Origin: Vitrella brassicaformis CCMP3155
Lineage: Eukaryota > Protista > Chromerida
DNA length: 64,000 nt
Assembly: GCA_001179505.1 (NCBI GenBank)
Contig: CDMY01000153.1
Span: 1 to 64,000 of the forward strand
Reading direction: 5' to 3'
The notes under the pieces were generated by a model, which had not been told where the DNA came from, searched no databases, and was given only the letters and a program-made list of their open reading frames with translations. Each line of letters opens with the position of its first letter. Positions within the stretch are counted from its first letter, which is position 1. Both the position numbers and the translations under genes were made by a program. This document shows, piece by piece, positions 58,328-64,000 of this stretch.

Positions 58328-61300
58328 TCACTGCAGGAGAGCGTTTGGCAAGTCGAACATACTGATCCTCCTCAGCAATCTCAGGCGTGGCTCGTGAGGC
58401 ACACACTGACACACGTCCTCACGGAGCGGCTCGCACGGGCCGTGGAGGGGGTCCTGGTCTATGCCGCCCAGATCTGCCTCGGTGTGCGGCCTGCCGAGTA
58501 TCTTTGCTTGTTGGTGCGCGTCACAGCAAAGTGCGGCAAGTGTATCGACTGGGTAGGTCATGAGGATGGTGTTGAGGTACTCGAAGGCTGCGGGGCCGTA
58601 GAGGTCGACGTAGCTCCCTGCAAACGTCGTCAGCTTGGTCCGCGACTCACCTCGCCCACCACTCTGCATGCACGCGTATGTATGCACATATGTCATCCGA
58701 CAGGCAGGGCCGTGCAGGGAGGGAGGGAGGCAAGCAAGTAGGTAGGTAAAAGGTGGTCAGTCAGTCAGGCAGTCAGTCAGTCAAGGAGACTCAGCCCATA
58801 CATGCAGTAGTATGTGTGACCGCGTGTCCAAACGTTTGTACGTACGTACCTGCTGCAGCTGCTTCATGCAGTGCTCCATCGGCTTGCCCATGAGCATCCC
58901 GTTGTTGCCAACAGCTATCAGGTGACTCCCTGTCCACACAAACAGACAAGCCAACCATCACACCGACACTACACTACACCCACTCGGCCCCTCACTCTTT
59001 TCTGCCTCCATCTATCCATCTGTGTATCTATGTATGTGTTGACTGACTGACTCTAGGTAGGTAGGTGGGTAGGTGGGTTGGGTGGCTGTCTGCCACGTTC
59101 CCACTTACATACATACATACCTGCCTGAATGCCTGCCTTGGCGGCTGGCGAGTCAGGAACAACGTAGGCAACACGACACCCGCCTATTAGTACACACCCA
59201 CCACACCACACCGCACCACACCACAGCACACCACAGCACAGCACACCAACAGGCTCTTGACGCAAGGAGACGTATTTGTATGTATTTGTGATTGTGTGAC
59301 CATCTATCTGTCCGCTTGGCCTGTCTGTCTGCCTGCCTGCCTGACTGCTTGTCTCCTCTGGCTGACCGAGATGTTGTGGGTTTGGATCGATGGCAAAGCC
59401 GCTTGGCTTGTCAATTGTGTTGGTCACAGCACCAGGCAAGAACTTCAACAAAGCCTGACCAACCCACCCAAAATGGGACAATACCCTCCTCGCCCTGCCC
59501 ATTGTGCCTGGGTGTATGTATGTATCTGTGGATCGCATCGCATCGCATCGCGCACCGGCACGTTGTGGTCAGTGTTCTTGGCAGCGATGGCCTGGGCAAG
59601 CGCCTGGTGGGTGGAGTGGACGCACACACACGTGATTCGATACAGACAGACAGACAGACAGGTGCGTCTGGTCTGGATGGACGTATGTGTGTATGTATGT
59701 TGCAACAGCCAACAGCCCCCTCCGTATGAATATCCATCCACCCCACTTACCTCGTAGGGTACCCTAATGTCCTCCAGGAGGGCTGGTGGGGGCATCAGGG
59801 ACAGGGCTATCGCATACGCATTCTTGGCCTGCATCCCACGCACACACACAGTGAGCAAGCAAGCAACCAAGTGAATCCGCTCTCACACACACACACACAC
59901 ACACATAGGCAGGCAGGCAGGCAGGCAGGTCACTGACAGGCAGTGCAGTCGGTCCTGCCTGCCTCTCCCTTTCGATGGATGGCACTCACCTTCCAGAAGT
60001 CTCTGCTACACCGATACGCATCGCCCAACCTACACATCCATCGACCACACACCAAGTGCATCCATCCCATCCATGCATCCGTCCATCCATCCATCGTCAC
60101 ATCCCCGACTGACCTTTGCCATGCGAGGGGCATGTTAGGTGCCGCACGGACGGCATCGAGGGCGCACGACTCTGCCAAATTGCTCTCAGTGCCCACACCC
60201 GTCAACATGGCCTGCACACATAGATACACTCATGCATACAAACAATACATGTATGCATGTTCATGGAGGGGGGGATGCAGTCAGTGTGGGTGGGTGTGGG
60301 TGTGAGTGTGGGTGTTGGTGTGGGTGGGACCAGGCATTGGTAGGCAATGAGTTCTGCCCTCAGTGGGCAGATGGCGGGCAGGAACTTGAGCAGCTCACTA
60401 ACGCCCCCAGTGTTGGTCTTCTCCCCCACAAAGATCTTCTCTATCGCTAAACACGACAAGCAACGGTTGTGTGCGGCACACACACAGATAGAGATGGATG
60501 GATGGACATTCGCGCATGTCCTGGCCTGCCTTGGTTTCCTACCTCTCTCTGTCGAGTCAAATGCTGTGGCGAACGACATGCTGTACCTCCTGCATGCCAT
60601 GCATCCACGACAAAGACAGACAGACAGACAGACACACACACAGGCAGGCGGTCAGTCACTTAGTCTATATCTGTGTGCTGTGCTGTGCTGTTTGTGTCGA
60701 TATGTATAGATATCCCCCCGCCCTCCCATGTCCCTCCCCCCTCAACCCACTTGTGGTTGATGTCACTGGCGAGGCTAAGGACGTCGTTGACAGTGAATAT
60801 GTGTGTGTAGTGGACCAGAGTGCCGTTGGCGAACCTGAGAGTGGCCTCCACCTCCAGCCCCCGCTTGCCGAGCCCGTGGCCCTCACCCATCAGACCCCTC
60901 TTCTCCCCAGGCACCCGCTCATCCACACCCACACCCACACTCGGCCTGCCTCCCCTACTCTCACTACTCACTGGGCTGGCGCTGCTACCTGCATGCCTGT
61001 CGCCTGTGGCTGCTGAGGTGGCCCGTCGGCGGACCATGACGGAGGGCTGATTTGAGAGCCTCACAGAGCCATCATCCCCATGGCCACCCCCTGTCGACGG
61101 GCTGGCGGCCCTGGGGTGGCCGCCATACTCGTATGCGTATGCCTTGTCGTACGGGTCACTGTAGGCGGCCAGTATGTGGGTGTCCAAGACATCCTGGCGC
61201 TGCAAGGCTTCCACTTCGAGCTGCTGTGCCTGTGTCTTGGACATGCCCTTTGTCCAGATGTAGAAGCGCTCCTGGCCCTTGGCCTTGCGCGCCTTGACCA

Positions 61301-62108
61301 CCCTGGGGCTGGGGTGCTCCCTGCTGTCGTACACGGCATCGTACACCACACTGTCGGGACTCAGCAAGGCAGACGAGATGTTGACGAGAGGCGGCAGGGG
61401 GCCTGGTTCCAACATGCTGGGCGGGTAACACCAAGATGCAAAGGACGAGGGCGCTACCATGGCCGTGGCCGTGGCCGCTGACGAGTCGTTGCCTCCCACC
61501 TCTCTCATCCTGCTACTGCTGCTGCTGCTGGTGGTGGGTGTGGCTGTAGAGTGTGAGTGCAGCGGTGGTGTGTTGGCCCATAGGGGGTCGGCGATGTGTA
61601 TTCTGTAGTGGGGGTAGTTGTACAGGAGGGTCTGGAGGATGTTCTTGTAGTGCTCCAGCCTCAGGGTCTCCCACAAACTCACATCACCACCAGAGTCCCT
61701 AAACCGAAGCGATAGGTCCGCGGGAACCACCAGAGAATACTCGCCGTCACTACCCGACTCTCGTGGAAGCCCGCCAGCGCCGCCAGCCAGGAGGGCAGTG
61801 GCACCTCTAGACTCATCAGATTCATCGGCTGACCGCTGCAATGATGTCTGTGATGATGGTGGTTCACGGCCCGTGGCGTCCGCCGGCTCCATCTCAGCTG
61901 TCGGTGTGGATGCCGATACCATAGCGGGTCCGTCAACGACAAGCTGGGGTGGCGCGAGCCGCCGCCGCTTCAAGTGGTGGCGGGCGTGACGCACTGGCTG
62001 CCTCAGAGGTGGAGAGATGAAGGCTGCGGCTGATGTGTCGTGATGCAGTGGGAAGAGGTTGGCCAGTGAGGCATCGATGAAGCAGACAAGGGACAGCAGA
62101 CACCCCAT
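58328..62108 (-). CDS. Probable plastid-targeted protein with an unknown N-terminal domain, TPR motifs and a PDZ domain
   Basis: Leader MGCLLSLVCFIDASLA...SAAAFISPPLRQ. TPR-like ALDAVRAAPNMPLAWQR|LGDAYRCSRDFWK|AKNAYAIALSLMP. PDZ-like IDKPSGFAIDP...GCRVAYVVPDSPAAKAGIQAG|SHLIAVG. The 3' end is uncertain. Confidence 0.65.
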
Positions 62109-62364
62109 GGTGGATGGACAGACGTGGGCGTGCAATGACTCGTGCATCTGCAGTCGCACCATCAACAGCCACGTCCTCCCCATGAGTCAGTCAACAGGCC
62201 AAATGCCACATCGACACATCAACAGACTTCTTTCGGGCGGCAGATCTGGGAAACAAGGGGTCTCGTCCGCCTGCCTCCCTGGCTCTCTCTCTCTGGTGCT
62301 CGCCTCAGGGTCGATCGTAGGTCGATCGGGAAAGAAGGTTGAGATCTGCAGGGAAGTTAAGGAC
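62109..62364. promoter_or_regulatory. Probable bidirectional promoter between the TPR-PDZ gene (-) and the uS9m gene (+)
   Basis: Head-to-head inferred start codons about 255 bp apart. Confidence 0.4.
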
Positions 62365-62675
62365 ATGCAGTGTATCAGGGGTGTGGGTGCCTCCCGGTAC
62401 CCCATTTTGATGAGAGATCTGCCAAAAACGGCTCACTTGAGGCGGCCCTGGGCAGAGATCCGCTGGGCTTGTGCGCGGCAGCAGAGGAGTTTCACCTCTG
62501 AGGACCGCCGAGGCGCCAAGGTTGAGATTCAGCTCGACGATGGCAGCGATGGCACAGGCACCAAGGCCACGGATGCCAAGAAGCCCTCCTCATCTCGATT
62601 GGGACAACTCAGCATTGACGAGGTTAGGTTTGCCCACGTGGAGAGACAAATGCCACGTGGAGAGACAAATGCAGC

Positions 62676-62707
<32 letters not shown>

Positions 62708-64000
62708 GGGAGAGAGACTGTGATGAAGTGCCTGCCTGCCAACATGTCTGTCTGTCTGTCTGTGCATGTGTGAGCAGGTGTTGTATCTGTCCAAGGAGGC
62801 CGGCGTCGAGACGACCAAAGAAGTTCAGGCCATCATCATGAAATCGCCGCCTTTCTCACCGGTACACACATGAGCCAACCACGGTACGGGGCCAGAGGGG
62901 CTGGTCAAGGAATTAATGTTTGTCCGGCCGTCCCGTCCCGTCCATGTCTTTCAGGACAGGAGTCCGTTTCTGTTGGAGAATTTCTTTGAGTCGTCGGATG
63001 GCGGCGGCGCTGGCAGCCTCGTGACGGAGGCAGATGCGGAGTTTGGGCTCCCCCGGGATGTGGCGGATGGGTTGGACCTCTGCCTTGACAAACATGATGC
63101 CCTCTCGCACCAAGTGTCCGCAGACCTCGAGCCACACGAGAGCGGCCGGGGCGGGGGAGGGCCGTCATCGCCCGTGCATACGGCTGGTGAGGAGGATGAT
63201 TTTGATGATGGTAGTGGTGAGCTGCCCAAGGGCAGCCTGGGTGAGTTGGAGGGGGAGCGTGTGGGTGCGGTGGTCCACCCACCACACACACCACAGGGCA
63301 AGGGCGACACCGTCACGGCACACGTCGTCAACCAGATGATCCTCAAAGCCTTCCACGGCGGCCCTGACCAACAGGCCCACAAGGTAGGTAGGTATGTACG
63401 TACGTACCCACACACCCAGCCAGGCAGCCAGGGGGAGAGAGCAGGCACCATGGTCGATGTTCCTTCCCTTCCCTCTGTCTGTGTCCAATGTGTCTGTCTG
63501 TCTGTCTGTCTGTCTGTGTCTGCGTGTCTGTGTGTCTGTGTGTGTCTGTGTGGTTGCCCCCGTCCAGACGTTTGAGCACAAGGGTCGTGAGTGGCGTTTG
63601 GAGGCGGAGGGCCGAGGCACGCGTGCGCGAGCCGTCGCACATGCCGTCATCAAACGCGGGACGGGACAGGTAAACAGACAGACAGACAGACAGGCAGCCG
63701 GGGACGAGGGGGCGGTCGTGTGTGCGGTGTGTTGTGTAGATATCACATACTTTCAGGTGCTGGTCAATGGCGGCGCCGATGTGTATACATGGTGGAACTA
63801 CTTCTACAACAGGTCCGTCCCGTCCCGTCCACCCCTCCGTCAGTCGCTGGCTGGGGGGGCGTTGCGGCCCTGTCACGTCATGTTACGTCACGCGGGCATT
63901 CGTCCAAATCCACGAGTGTTCTGTCTGTGTTGTGTTAACTGGCTGGCTGCAGGATGGACGTGCTGCAGCCGTTTCTATTGACGGGCACTGCGGGGGTTTA
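62365..64000 (+). CDS. MRPS9: Mitochondrial ribosomal protein uS9, 3'-partial
   Basis: Arg-rich presequence (MQCIRGVGASRYPILMR...RRPWAEIRWACARQQRSF), acidic extension, then WRLEAEGRGTRARAVAHAVIKRGTGQ|VLVNG...|MDVLQPFLLTGTAG, which matches the uS9 core. Runs off the window. Confidence 0.8.

Noticed and set aside
58041-58412. Read-through ORF apparently fusing the TPR-PDZ gene to the alveolin gene
   Set aside because: It is more simply explained as the alveolin 5'UTR lacking stops in one frame. The alveolin has its own plausible start (MMPTGPQ) and no junction evidence supports a fusion.
62633-62670. 19-bp tandem duplication (CCACGTGGAGAGACAAATG x2) containing a CACGTG palindrome
   Set aside because: It is intronic and has two copies only; most simply a slippage duplication, with no evidence of function.
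62913-63640. Minus-strand ORFs overlapping uS9m as a separate gene
   Set aside because: Plus-strand exons have clean AG/GT boundaries and join into a uS9 core. The minus ORFs lack motifs and run through microsatellites.

Overview
Intron-rich eukaryotic nuclear DNA, most consistent with a photosynthetic alveolate (chromerid, Vitrella-like). This is inferred from an alveolin/IMC gene, bipartite plastid-targeting leaders and microsatellite-filled GT-AG introns. Gene order: (1) 5'-partial multimodular type I PKS on + (KS-AT-DH-[no KR]-ACP linker // 300-N gap // DH-KR-ACP // AT-less KS-ACP, then a thioester reductase and a fused sulfotransferase-like domain); (2) callose/1,3-beta-glucan synthase (+); (3) Cys/His-rich protein with three UIM-like motifs (-); (4) homogentisate 1,2-dioxygenase (+, about 24 exons including micro-exons); (5) T7-type organellar RNA polymerase (-); (6) nuclear poly(A)-binding protein (+); (7) tandem CCCH zinc-finger protein (+); (8) PRP28/DDX23 (+); (9) probable NOP14 (+); (10) small plastid-targeted membrane protein (-); (11) MRE11 (-); (12) alveolin/IMC protein (-); (13) probable plastid-targeted TPR+PDZ protein (-); (14) 3'-partial mitochondrial ribosomal protein uS9 (+). 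There are four 300-N scaffold gaps. I saw no rRNA, tRNA, CRISPR array or transposon. The most interesting signals are the PKS release end (reductase plus degenerate sulfotransferase) and its rearranged modules, its position next to glucan synthase (possible cyst-wall locus), introns whose two ends carry complementary microsatellites, and an intron that appears to have arisen by tandem duplication of coding sequence. All exon boundaries were read by eye and are approximate unless stated.
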